Shown: positions 1 to 7,917, counted from the stretch's first letter. The stretch is DNA of 57,214 nt from Candidatus Nomurabacteria bacterium GW2011_GWB1_43_19 (GCA_000999465.1 LCGB01000001.1:1-57214), one strand, 5' to 3'. Notes: generated by a model from the letters alone, not told the origin. A program made the numbers and translations.

Positions 1-316
1 TGCTGCTTCTCTCCGTATTCTCGGCATGTTCTTGTTTGTTGTGTATGGCATATCTCAATGATATTCCAGTGAGTGGTGCCAAGCTATTGAACCTATACTA
101 TTACCTAGACAGGAGAAACACTTTCTGTTATACTACCTGTGTTGAATTTTACAAATTTTTTGATTAATCTACAGTCGGGTTCGCAGGAATATTCCATATA
201 TTTATTATGACGTTTAAAAGAGAACAAGAAAACTTTCCAATCTTTTCTGAAATCCTCTCTGGGCAACAATAAAACCAAAATATAGAGGTATGTTCTTGTA
301 AGCTGGCAGCAAGCTT

Positions 317-1846
317 ATGAGCATGACAATAATAATTCTAATCGGAGTCGGAGTACTCCTTTTGGGCGTGGGAATCGGATACTATCTCCGTCTGATAATC
401 GCATTAGGGAAAAGAAGGTCAATTGAAATAGACATCAAACAAATGATGGTCGGCGCCAAGGAAGAAGCACAAAAAATCACCGATGAGGCAAAAAAGGAAG
501 CGGAATTAAAACTAGCGGAATTAAAAGAAGAAGAAAAGGAAAAAGAACAGGAATTCAAAGATAAGGAATTAAGGCTGATAAAAAAAGACGAGTTTCTGGA
601 CGCACGGCAAGTTGAAGTGAATAAAGAAATGGAAAATATCAAACTCAAAGTAGAAGAGGTAAAAAAAATCCAAGAAAAAGTATTAAAAATAGAAGAAGAA
701 AAAATAATAGAGTTGGAGAGAGTATCAAAATTGAGCGAAGAAGGAGCAAAAGAGGAACTCTTAAGAGATGTTGAGAAAAAATACGAGGAAGATATTCTGG
801 TTAGGATTCAAAAACTGGAAAATACCAACGAGGAGAAGTTGGATCGCCGGGCTAAAGATATTTTGGCGACCTCCATCCAGCGTCTTGCCTCTAGCACTGC
901 CTCTGAACTGATGACTACAGTAGTGTCCATCCCTAATAATGAAATCAAGGGTAAAATTATCGGAAAAGAAGGCCGAAACATTCGAGCTTTTGAAAGAGCT
1001 TCGGGCGTGGAACTTATCGTAGACGATACTCCAGGATCAATTGTCATTTCTTCTTTTGATCCTATCAGAAGGCAGGTCGCCCGTTTAGCTCTTGAGAACC
1101 TGATACTTGACGGACGCATTCAGCCGGCCAAAATTGAAGAATTAGTGGAAAAAGCCAAAGAAGAAATAAACAAAATAATCAAAGAAAAGGGAGAACAGGC
1201 GGTCTACGAGTGCGGAATATTCAATTTTGACCCGCGCATCATTGCCATCATCGGCCGGCTGTATTTCCGCACCAGTTACGGGCAGAACGTGCTCCAACAC
1301 TCCATTGAAATGGCGCACATTGCCGGCATGTTGGCGGAAGAACTCGGCGCGGACGTGGCCATCGCCAAGGCGGGCGCTCTGGTGCACGACATCGGTAAGG
1401 CGCTAGACCACGAGGTGCAAGGCACGCATGTAGAAATAGGCATGCGTATATTACAGAAATTCGGCGCGGATGAGCGCATCATTATCGCGATGAAATCGCA
1501 CCACGAGGACTACCCTTACGAAACGATAGAAGCTGTAATTGTCCAGACCGCCGACTCAATCTCCGGCGGACGACCCGGAGCCAGAAGGGACTCGGTGGAA
1601 AATTACCTGAAACGCCTGCAGGAACTGGAAGCATTGGTAAATACCTTCCCGGCTGTTGAAAAATCCTACGCGCTTCAGGCCGGACGCGAAATCCGCATCT
1701 TTGTCACGCCGGAAAAGATATCCGACGCCGAAGCCAAACTGATGGCCCGCGATATCGCCATGAAAATAGAACAAGAACTGAAATATCCGGGAGAAATTAA
1801 AGTCACAATGATCCGCGAAACGCGAATCATTGAATATGCAAGATAA
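317..1846 (+). CDS. rny: Ribonuclease Y
   Basis: 509 aa with an N-terminal TM helix, a K/E-rich coiled coil, a KH motif (GKIIGKEGRNIRAFE) and an HD domain (ALVHDIGKA...SHHED). This is the canonical RNase Y architecture. Confidence 0.9.
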   Translation: MSMTIIILIGVGVLLLGVGIGYYLRLIIALGKRRSIEIDIKQMMVGAKEEAQKITDEAKKEAELKLAELKEEEKEKEQEFKDKELRLIKKDEFLDARQVEVNKEMENIKLKVEEVKKIQEKVLKIEEEKIIELERVSKLSEEGAKEELLRDVEKKYEEDILVRIQKLENTNEEKLDRRAKDILATSIQRLASSTASELMTTVVSIPNNEIKGKIIGKEGRNIRAFERASGVELIVDDTPGSIVISSFDPIRRQVARLALENLILDGRIQPAKIEELVEKAKEEINKIIKEKGEQAVYECGIFNFDPRIIAIIGRLYFRTSYGQNVLQHSIEMAHIAGMLAEELGADVAIAKAGALVHDIGKALDHEVQGTHVEIGMRILQKFGADERIIIAMKSHHEDYPYETIEAVIVQTADSISGGRPGARRDSVENYLKRLQELEALVNTFPAVEKSYALQAGREIRIFVTPEKISDAEAKLMARDIAMKIEQELKYPGEIKVTMIRETRIIEYAR

Positions 1847-1847
1847 A

Positions 1848-1963
1848 AATCTTTGCAAATATAGCTTTTGAAGGGGGTTTTGAGCTCGACGGAGCGAAAA
1901 CTTCAGGATTTTTTAAGCTTCAAAAAATCCGTACCCGAAAAAAGCTGATATTTGCAAAGATTT
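1848..1963. repeat. Intergenic structured element: long outer stem enclosing the 80-nt two-hairpin module (copy A)
   Basis: AAATCTTTGCAAATAT-AGCTTTT (1848-1870) pairs with AAAAGCTGATATTTGCAAAGATTT (1940-1963). The enclosed module 1865-1944 recurs at 30990-31069 (67/80 identical). Confidence 0.7.
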
Positions 1964-2104
1964 CCCTCGCTATACACACCCCTTGCCTTAAAAAACCCTT
2001 GCTATATAATACTATGGTACTAGAGAGGTAGTAATTATAAGGGTAAAAAGCCGCCGCTTAGTCGGGGCAAGGTCGAAATATTACAAATTTTATCTAAAAT
2101 TTAT

Positions 2105-2377
2105 ATGAATAAACAAGGATTAGCCGACTGGGTACACGGAAAGCTTGGCGGCACCAAAGTTCAGGCCGAAGAAGTAGTGGATGGAGTATTCGGAGCCATC
2201 ACCGACACCCTGAAAGGGGGCGGTGAAGTTTCAATTGCCGGCTTCGGAATCTTCTCAGTAAAGAGTCGAGCAGCCCGCATGGCCCGCAACCCGAAGACCG
2301 GAGAACAGGTTAAAGTGGCGGCCAAGAAAGTTCCAAAATTCCGAGCAGCAAAAGGTCTGAAAGACACGGTTGCATAG
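2105..2377 (+). CDS. hup: HU-family DNA-binding protein
   Basis: 90 aa with the typical HU/IHF arm RMARNPKTGEQVKVAAKKVPKFRAAKGLK and the size expected for the family. Confidence 0.9.
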   Translation: MNKQGLADWVHGKLGGTKVQAEEVVDGVFGAITDTLKGGGEVSIAGFGIFSVKSRAARMARNPKTGEQVKVAAKKVPKFRAAKGLKDTVA

Positions 2378-2420
2378 TTTCACCTGTCTGCGCAGGCAGG
2401 TCTCGAGATAAAAAATAAAA

Positions 2421-2446
2421 AGCCCCGGCAAGGGGTTTTTTATTTT
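2421..2446. terminator. Putative bidirectional intrinsic terminator
   Basis: AAAAAGCCCC-GGCAA-GGGGTTTTTTATTTT: a short GC stem flanked by an A-run and a T-run, between convergent hup (+) and the 2445-2951 ORF (-). Confidence 0.5.
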
Positions 2447-2951
2447 ATAAATGTAATTCTCGATTGTAAAGTTTTTTATAAATTTCTTTTGATTCTTGTA
2501 TTAATCTAATAATATGTCTCTTTAAATAAATACGGTATTCACCATAGAAAAAAGCGACGTCGTCTTCGTATTCCGCTCCATACGATTTACCATCTATAAC
2601 AATAGCATTAGGAACTTTCCCAACCATTATATTGAACACAAACTTAATTTGAGATTCCTCGTCAAGAATATTTTCATGTGAATCTAAGTGACAAATTGCA
2701 TTACGTACCCTTCTGGTAAGTTCAGTAATATCAACATCTGAGACAGAAATGTCCTCGTTAAATACAATTCTGTGACCTAATCTATCGAACTTTTGTAATA
2801 AATCATTTAATTTCAAAGCAATTGAAACAAAAACTGGCTCACGAAAAACCCTAAGAACATCGGCACCAAACACGCCGGTATTAATGAGTTGAACTATGCC
2901 TCTAATATTCGATTCAATTTGAGATTTTATAAAAAAATTATCTTTATCCAT
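2445..2951 (-). CDS. Hypothetical protein with HEPN-like Rx4H motif, first gene of the AT-rich RM island
   Basis: 168 aa containing RRVRNAICHLDSH (R-N-x-x-x-H as in Abi_2/HEPN RNases). It is co-oriented with and adjacent to the REase/MTase pair. Function is inferred from the motif and context only. Confidence 0.4.
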   Translation of the reverse strand: MDKDNFFIKSQIESNIRGIVQLINTGVFGADVLRVFREPVFVSIALKLNDLLQKFDRLGHRIVFNEDISVSDVDITELTRRVRNAICHLDSHENILDEESQIKFVFNIMVGKVPNAIVIDGKSYGAEYEDDVAFFYGEYRIYLKRHIIRLIQESKEIYKKLYNRELHL

Positions 2952-2989
2952 ATTTTTAGTATTTCCTTATTACCACTTTGACGTCTGCG

Positions 2990-3514
2990 TTAATGTTTTG
3001 GTACTGGCAACCCAAGTTTTTGTAACGGTAAATATTTAAAATAATATTGGCACCCCACAGATATTATATAATCACAAACATCTTTATATGATTGATGTCT
3101 AAACCAATCACTTAATATATAAATATATTCAACTTCTATGTTAAGAGGTGCCATTAATTTTGCATATTGTTTTCTTTTAAAATCACAGGTTTGTAGTTTT
3201 TCATCAACGGAACCCGCCACCTTTTGAAACTTAACTTCAATTATGAAAAGCGTATTATTCACTATCACATAAATGGCTTCATCGGGCAGTAATTTTTTAG
3301 AAAGAATCTTTTTATACTTTACTTTTTTTGACTCAAGAAATTTATATAGGGCATTCTTTTTGAAACTTCTAGCAACCTCTTTTTTCATATAAAAAATAAC
3401 ACTACCTTTTACTTCATAACCCTTCTGTTTTTTAAGTAACGCTAAAATATCACTTTCCCGTTCAAAGTTTAGTCCTGTTATTGTATTTCCGCCTCCTTTT
3501 CCTTTTTCTATCAT
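2990..3514 (-). CDS. Putative type II restriction endonuclease, PD-(D/E)XK-like
   Basis: 174 aa with LLPDEAIYV...IIEVKFQK, which fits PD...ExK. It lies 1 nt downstream of the methyltransferase gene on the same strand, in AT-rich sequence. Confidence 0.5.
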   Translation of the reverse strand: MIEKGKGGGNTITGLNFERESDILALLKKQKGYEVKGSVIFYMKKEVARSFKKNALYKFLESKKVKYKKILSKKLLPDEAIYVIVNNTLFIIEVKFQKVAGSVDEKLQTCDFKRKQYAKLMAPLNIEVEYIYILSDWFRHQSYKDVCDYIISVGCQYYFKYLPLQKLGLPVPKH

Positions 3515-3515
3515 A

Positions 3516-4337
3516 TTATTTTTTCAAATCAGAAAAACGTTTAATTGATAATTCGAGATAATCTTTCTCAGAATCAATACCAATAAATTTTCTTCCATTA
3601 ACTATAGACGCCAGCCCTGTTGTTGAACTTCCTGTAAAAGGATCTAAAACAACATCACCTTTATTGGTGCTAGAAAGAACAATACGCTTTAGTAAATCTA
3701 GGGGTTTTTGAGTTGGGTGTTTCCCAAATTTTTTTTCTTCTGGTTTAGGCGTCCCCATAGACCAAACCGACCGCATTTGAAGACCTGACTTTTTAAGCTT
3801 ATCTTCCGGCCAATTTCCGTCTTTCATTTCTTTGTAATTAAAAGTGTGCTTTGCCTTTTTATCTTTTCTTACCCAAATAATTGTCTCATGGCTGGCAGTA
3901 AAAAAACGACAACTCAAATTAGGAGAAGCGTTGGGTTTGAACCACGATATGTCGTTGAGAATATGATATCCAAGCGACTGCAAGGCGTGTCCACATTGAT
4001 AAATTGAATGGTAGGTGCCGCTTACCCATAAAGTACCATTTGGCTTTAAAACTCGCCTGCAGGCCTGTAGCCATCGGTAATGAAATTCGTAGTCGTCTAT
4101 AAAACCTTTACTTATATCCCATTTTCCTTTGTTTACGCTGACCATTCGGCCCGCATGCACGGTAAATCCGCCATTAGAAAGGTTGTAAGGGGGGTCCGCA
4201 AAAATCATATCTACAGAATCTTCTGGGAGTTGATTTAAAATATCTAGGCAATCTCCATGATATAAAACAAAATTGTCTTTATTGAAATAAGGTTTGTTTT
4301 TAACTATTGAAAGTATTTTTCTGTCGATTACTACCAT
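3516..4337 (-). CDS. Beta-class DNA methyltransferase (DPPY; N6-adenine/N4-cytosine type, DpnA-like layout)
   Basis: 273 aa with FADPPYNL (motif IV) preceding HPTQKP and VLDPFTGSSTTG (motif I), the order typical of beta-class amino-MTases. Specificity cannot be inferred. Confidence 0.9.
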   Translation of the reverse strand: MVVIDRKILSIVKNKPYFNKDNFVLYHGDCLDILNQLPEDSVDMIFADPPYNLSNGGFTVHAGRMVSVNKGKWDISKGFIDDYEFHYRWLQACRRVLKPNGTLWVSGTYHSIYQCGHALQSLGYHILNDISWFKPNASPNLSCRFFTASHETIIWVRKDKKAKHTFNYKEMKDGNWPEDKLKKSGLQMRSVWSMGTPKPEEKKFGKHPTQKPLDLLKRIVLSSTNKGDVVLDPFTGSSTTGLASIVNGRKFIGIDSEKDYLELSIKRFSDLKK

Positions 4338-4356
4338 ATGTCTATTATATCATTTC

Positions 4357-4923
4357 TTAGTATTTCCTTATCACCGCTTTGACGATTGCGTTGATGTTGA
4401 GCGAATGTTCCGGATATATCGGCTGGTAGTTTTTGTTGGCCGGTTCAAGCCACACCTTGCCACCCTTTTTGCGGAGATATTTCATCGTGAACTCCCCGTC
4501 CACTTCGGCGATGACGATATCTCCGTCCTTGGCCTGGTTGGTCTTCTCCACCAGAACCATGTCCCCTTTTTTGATATGGGCGTCAATCATAGAATCCCCA
4601 TCAACTTCCAGCATATAAGTTAGCGGCTTGTTCCTAATAAGCAGGTCGTCCAGGTTGACTGTATCCGCCAATTCTTCCTCCACCGTAGCTGGCAGTCCGG
4701 CGGTAACGGAACCCGGAAAAGGAATCTCGCCAAAGAGTTTGCTCGGAATCAATCTCCCCAGGTGGTCCTTGGCTACCAGTCCTGCATCCTTCAATTTCTC
4801 CACCACCCGAAAAACGGCATTCTTGGACTTGAAGCCGAAAAGCGAGAGCATTTCGGAATAACTCGGCATTCTTTTATTTTTCGAGTAGAATGACTCCAGT
4901 TTGTTCTGGTAAATATTACGCAT
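4357..4923 (-). CDS. lexA: LexA-like SOS repressor (S24 peptidase)
   Basis: 188 aa with an N-terminal wHTH, the cleavage-region motif GSVTAGLP, the catalytic Ser in VDGDSM and Lys in FTMKYL. Confidence 0.85.
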   Translation of the reverse strand: MRNIYQNKLESFYSKNKRMPSYSEMLSLFGFKSKNAVFRVVEKLKDAGLVAKDHLGRLIPSKLFGEIPFPGSVTAGLPATVEEELADTVNLDDLLIRNKPLTYMLEVDGDSMIDAHIKKGDMVLVEKTNQAKDGDIVIAEVDGEFTMKYLRKKGGKVWLEPANKNYQPIYPEHSLNINAIVKAVIRKY

Positions 4924-4939
4924 ACTTGTCCGCCGAAGC

Positions 4940-5167
4940 CTAGGCGAAGGAGGAGCTATTGCTTTTTAAAATATCTTTCCGAAAAAATAAATTGGCAAAT
5001 CTATTCATCAAACTTCTCCGGGTATGATAGCGGACCTTGCGGAGGAGCAATTTGTGTTCCCGGGCCTCTTTGAGGTAATTATCTCCGCGGACGATTTTCT
5101 GGTCTATTATCTTGTTAATCCTTTGAATCTCTTTTTCAATTGATTTTAAGTATTGTTTTTGCGACAT
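4940..5167 (-). CDS. Small basic hypothetical protein, first gene of the lexA operon
   Basis: 75-aa ORF 16 nt upstream of lexA on the same strand and directly downstream of the LexA-box promoter. I recognise no family. Confidence 0.5.
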   Translation of the reverse strand: MSQKQYLKSIEKEIQRINKIIDQKIVRGDNYLKEAREHKLLLRKVRYHTRRSLMNRFANLFFRKDILKSNSSSFA

Positions 5168-5206
5168 AAATTTATACTATTTAAACTTCTAATAATCGAC
5201 TTAAAT

Positions 5207-5236
5207 AGTATAAGTGAACGAGCGTTCACTTGTCAA
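5207..5236 (-). promoter_or_regulatory. Sigma70-type promoter with a LexA (Cheo-type GAAC-N4-GTTC) operator filling the spacer
   Basis: The minus strand reads TTGACA-AGTGAACGCTCGTTCACT-TATACT. The 18-nt spacer (5213-5230) is an 8+2+8 perfect palindrome containing GAACnnnnGTTC. Confidence 0.65.
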
Positions 5237-5303
5237 CTACTCCCTGTGGATAACTTTAGGTGTTTTAAAAATTACTGTCGTTAAAACATATTATAATAAA
5301 ATT

Positions 5304-5822
5304 ATGCGCTCAAAGAAGAAAGGATTTACTCTCATAGAACTCTTGATTGTTGTGGCAATCATTGGAGTGTTGGCTAGTGTGGTTTTGGCATCTCTTAATA
5401 GTGCTCGTGCTAAGGCCAGAAATGCCAACAGAATATCCGGCATCAAACAAATAATTACCGCTTTTAATCTTGCCTATACTGCTGCTTGGCCCATTAATAA
5501 TTCTGGTGCTTGGGCTTGTATTAGCGCTACTTGTTATAACGGCTTTGCTTCATATGTGGCTGTTCCAAACATAGACGCTTTTTTTACGCCCTATATGCCT
5601 TCGAAGCCCATCGACCCTGCCGGCGGATCAACTAATAGATTCGGGGGGGTTATATATAGTCAGTGGGTGGGAGGTACCAGCCCATATGATGGACATATTG
5701 AACCTGCGGGAAATTACATTTATTGGGCGGTTGAACCTCCACTGACTCCGACCTCTTGCGGTCCCGGAAAGATTTGGAATGCGGGAGCGGATTCCGTTAA
5801 CTGTCATTTTAATTTTGAGTAA
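5304..5822 (+). CDS. Type IV pilin-like protein (prepilin N-terminal methylation motif)
   Basis: Internal ATG at 5304 gives MRSKKKGFTLIELLIVVAIIGVLASVVLASLNSARAKAR. This is a class III signal peptide with G-F-T-L-I-E, and I prefer it to the 5214 start in the ORF track. Confidence 0.8.
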   Translation: MRSKKKGFTLIELLIVVAIIGVLASVVLASLNSARAKARNANRISGIKQIITAFNLAYTAAWPINNSGAWACISATCYNGFASYVAVPNIDAFFTPYMPSKPIDPAGGSTNRFGGVIYSQWVGGTSPYDGHIEPAGNYIYWAVEPPLTPTSCGPGKIWNAGADSVNCHFNFE

Positions 5823-5958
5823 ATCCGATTTTGCCGTCTAACTTGTTTCATTTTTGGTGCCGTGCAGTTCCCTTTCAAAATTCCGTTAAGCTGTATCCCA
5901 GGCATGCAATTAATTTGGCTATAAATTCATTTCATTTCCTCAAACTCATTGAAAGTAA

Positions 5959-6135
5959 TCACGGTAATTTTATCCAAATCGTAGCCGTAGTGCCGGAAGA
6001 CCTCCCGTCCGCCGCGTGGAAAATTATTTCTTCCAGTTTTTCCTCTCCCTCGTCGGATGCGCCGAGAGACACAAGCTTCTTCACAAGTTCTTCCTTATCA
6101 ATGTCCAGAAATCTGGTTTCTATTTCCTTTTCCAT
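5959..6135 (-). pseudogene. Possible truncated/frameshifted CYTH-domain (triphosphate tunnel metalloenzyme) remnant
   Basis: A 58-aa ORF below the track cutoff: MEKEIETRFLDIDKEELVKKLVSLGA..., resembling CYTH N-termini (EIExKF). A +1 frame continues with ALRLR. There is no room for a full domain before 5823. Confidence 0.3.
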
Positions 6136-6238
6136 AAGTTTATTTTAACATTTTTTCGCTTTTTTACTTTTTACTTAAAATTCAGCGATAGCAGAAATAT
6201 AAGTATTCCCATACATTCATCCCTCGCCTCGCCCGAGA

Positions 6239-7828
6239 TCACTGCGTGACCTTCGGGCGGTATTGAATGGCTTCCAGGATATGATTGGACTCCACTTCGG
6301 AAGAACTTTCCAGGTCGGCGATGGTGCGGGCAATTTTAATGACCCGGTGGTAGGCGCGGGCGGAAAGACCCAAGCGTTCGGCGCTGTCGTCCAGCAGGTC
6401 CCGCACTTTCAGGGAAAGTTTGACCATGGAGGACAGGTCTTTCACATTCATTTCGCTGTTGGTCTTTTTTCTACCAGAGGCGGATCCACCTTGGGCGGAA
6501 AATCTGTTTTTTTGAATTTCCCGCGCTTGCATTACCCTCGCTTTTATTTTTTCGCTCCGCTCGCCGTTTCCTTCTCCGCCCAATTTTTTATAGTCCACAT
6601 TTCCAACCGATACCCATAAATCAATGCGGTCCATTATTGGTCCGGATAATTTTCTTCTATAGCGGTCTAGGTCGGAGGGCTTACAGACACATTCTTTCTT
6701 TTTACTGCCCAAATTTCCACAAGGACAAGGATTCATGGCCGCGACTAGGATGAAATTGGAGGGAAAAATAGCCGTGCCTTTGGCGCGAGAAATTGAAACA
6801 ATATTGTCTTCAAGCGGCTGGCGGAGCGATTCTATTACCCTCTTTTCAAATTCCGGAAATTCGTCCAGAAACAAAACTCCGCGGTGCGCCAGCGTCACTT
6901 CTCCCGGCTTCGGAAAAGTTCCCCCGCCGATAATCGCCACATAAGACGAAGTATGATGAGGGGCGCGGAAGGGCGGAAAGCAAACGAGTTCTCCTTCCAG
7001 GTTTCCGGCCACCGAATGAATGCCGGTTATTTCAAGAACTTCTTCCATACCCAAATCCGGCAAGAGTTGCGAAAATGCCCGCGCCAGCATCGTCTTACCG
7101 GTGCCCGGCGGACCATACATGGCAATATTGTGCCCGCCGGCCGCCGCAATTTCCAGTCCGCGCTTGGCGCCTTCCTGTCCGCGAACATCGGAGAAATCCC
7201 CGTCTTTTGTTCCCTTTTTGTAACTGATTGCTGTTTTCGGCTGTTGAGGTATTTTCGTTCCCGACGCTCTAACTTTGTTGGAGGTCGGGACCCCGACCCT
7301 TTTGGGCGTCGGGGCAAGATGCTCCGCCACTTCTTTCAAACTGCTGGCTCCGAAAACTTTTATGCCTTCAACCAGCGCTGCCTCTGCCGCATTTTCTTTC
7401 GGCAAATATATTTCTTCAAAACCGAGCCGTCTGGCCTCTTGAGCGAGCGGCAGGGCGCCGCGAATTCGGCGGAGTGTGCCGTCCAACCCTAGCTCGCCTA
7501 GGAAAATCTTTTTCTCCGAATTGAATTTGATGTCTCCCGAGGCGAGCATATACGAGAGCGCGATGCCGAGGTCAAAAAACGGCCCCTCTTTTTTTAAATC
7601 GGCCGGCGAGAGTGATACTATTATTTTCTGGTTCTGCGCTTTGGGAGATTTGTAACCGGAATTTTTTATTGCCCCGCTGACGCGGTCTTTGGATTCATCC
7701 ACCGCTTTATCCGGCAAGCCGACAACATTAAAAGCGTGAAGTGTTCCTTTGGAAATATCCACCTCAATCGTTACGATGGCGCCCTTAAGCAAATTAACTT
7801 GCGCCGAATAAACTTTTGCAAAGCTCAT
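6239..7828 (-). CDS. comM: Mg-chelatase-like AAA+ ATPase ComM/YifB
   Basis: 529 aa with an N-terminal Lon-protease-like domain, Walker A GPPGTGKT, Walker B LFLDEF and a C-terminal Mg-chelatase subunit ChlI-like domain. Confidence 0.9.
   Translation of the reverse strand: MSFAKVYSAQVNLLKGAIVTIEVDISKGTLHAFNVVGLPDKAVDESKDRVSGAIKNSGYKSPKAQNQKIIVSLSPADLKKEGPFFDLGIALSYMLASGDIKFNSEKKIFLGELGLDGTLRRIRGALPLAQEARRLGFEEIYLPKENAAEAALVEGIKVFGASSLKEVAEHLAPTPKRVGVPTSNKVRASGTKIPQQPKTAISYKKGTKDGDFSDVRGQEGAKRGLEIAAAGGHNIAMYGPPGTGKTMLARAFSQLLPDLGMEEVLEITGIHSVAGNLEGELVCFPPFRAPHHTSSYVAIIGGGTFPKPGEVTLAHRGVLFLDEFPEFEKRVIESLRQPLEDNIVSISRAKGTAIFPSNFILVAAMNPCPCGNLGSKKKECVCKPSDLDRYRRKLSGPIMDRIDLWVSVGNVDYKKLGGEGNGERSEKIKARVMQAREIQKNRFSAQGGSASGRKKTNSEMNVKDLSSMVKLSLKVRDLLDDSAERLGLSARAYHRVIKIARTIADLESSSEVESNHILEAIQYRPKVTQ
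6472..6498. repeat. GGATCC-centred double-hairpin element, degenerate copy inside comM
   Basis: TACCAGAGGCGGATCCACCTTGGGCGG, which in gene sense encodes SAQGGSASGRKK. It belongs to the same family as 11183, 21800 and 31497. Confidence 0.75.
7260..7313. repeat. Intragenic alternating CCCGAC/GTCGGG hairpin cluster in the comM linker
   Basis: Units are CCCGACGC (7260), GTCGGG (7284), CCCGAC (7292) and GCGTCGGG (7306), which can form nested or tandem hairpins. The cluster encodes part of the variable linker PTPKRVGVPTSNKVRASG. Confidence 0.5.
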
Positions 7829-7834
7829 GGCCTT

Positions 7835-7917
7835 TAGCTAGTTATAAGGTAAAAAGTTTGTAAAGTTTGTAAAGCATTTTTCTTTATGAACTTGATGACT
7901 TTATGAACTTTTAACTC
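7835..7917. repeat. AT-rich imperfect palindrome built from AAGTTnnTAAAG-type units (site 1)
   Basis: AAGTTTGTAAAGTTTGTAAAG faces CTTTATGAACTTGATGACTTTATGAACTT, between the comM start and the dksA-like stop. Related sites are at 22748, 37564 and 38708. Confidence 0.55.

Noticed and set aside
1-316. Unannotated 316 nt upstream of rny (possible ncRNA, or the end of a neighbouring gene; a minus-strand ATG at 27 runs off the window).
   Set aside because: There is no ORF of useful length, no recognisable RNA family motif, and only weak short hairpins. The information is insufficient to call anything.
5214-5303. Long N-terminal extensions proposed by the ORF track (pilin 1 from 5214, xerC from 15765, TMEM175-like from 17719, pilin-peptidase from 42302, jag to 45946, rnpA/rpmH merged ORF 46831-47313, pnp from 13389).
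   Set aside because: Internal ATG codons give N-termini that match the family (prepilin signal, MASLKQ Xer start, signal peptides). They also resolve overlaps with upstream genes, and the merged 160-aa ORF hides the true L34 gene in another frame.
5831-6249. Plus-strand ORFs 5831-6148 and 6016-6249 in the pilin/comM gap.
   Set aside because: They have Ser/Phe-rich, non-protein-like translations with no motifs. The opposite strand carries the CYTH-like remnant, which explains the open frames better.
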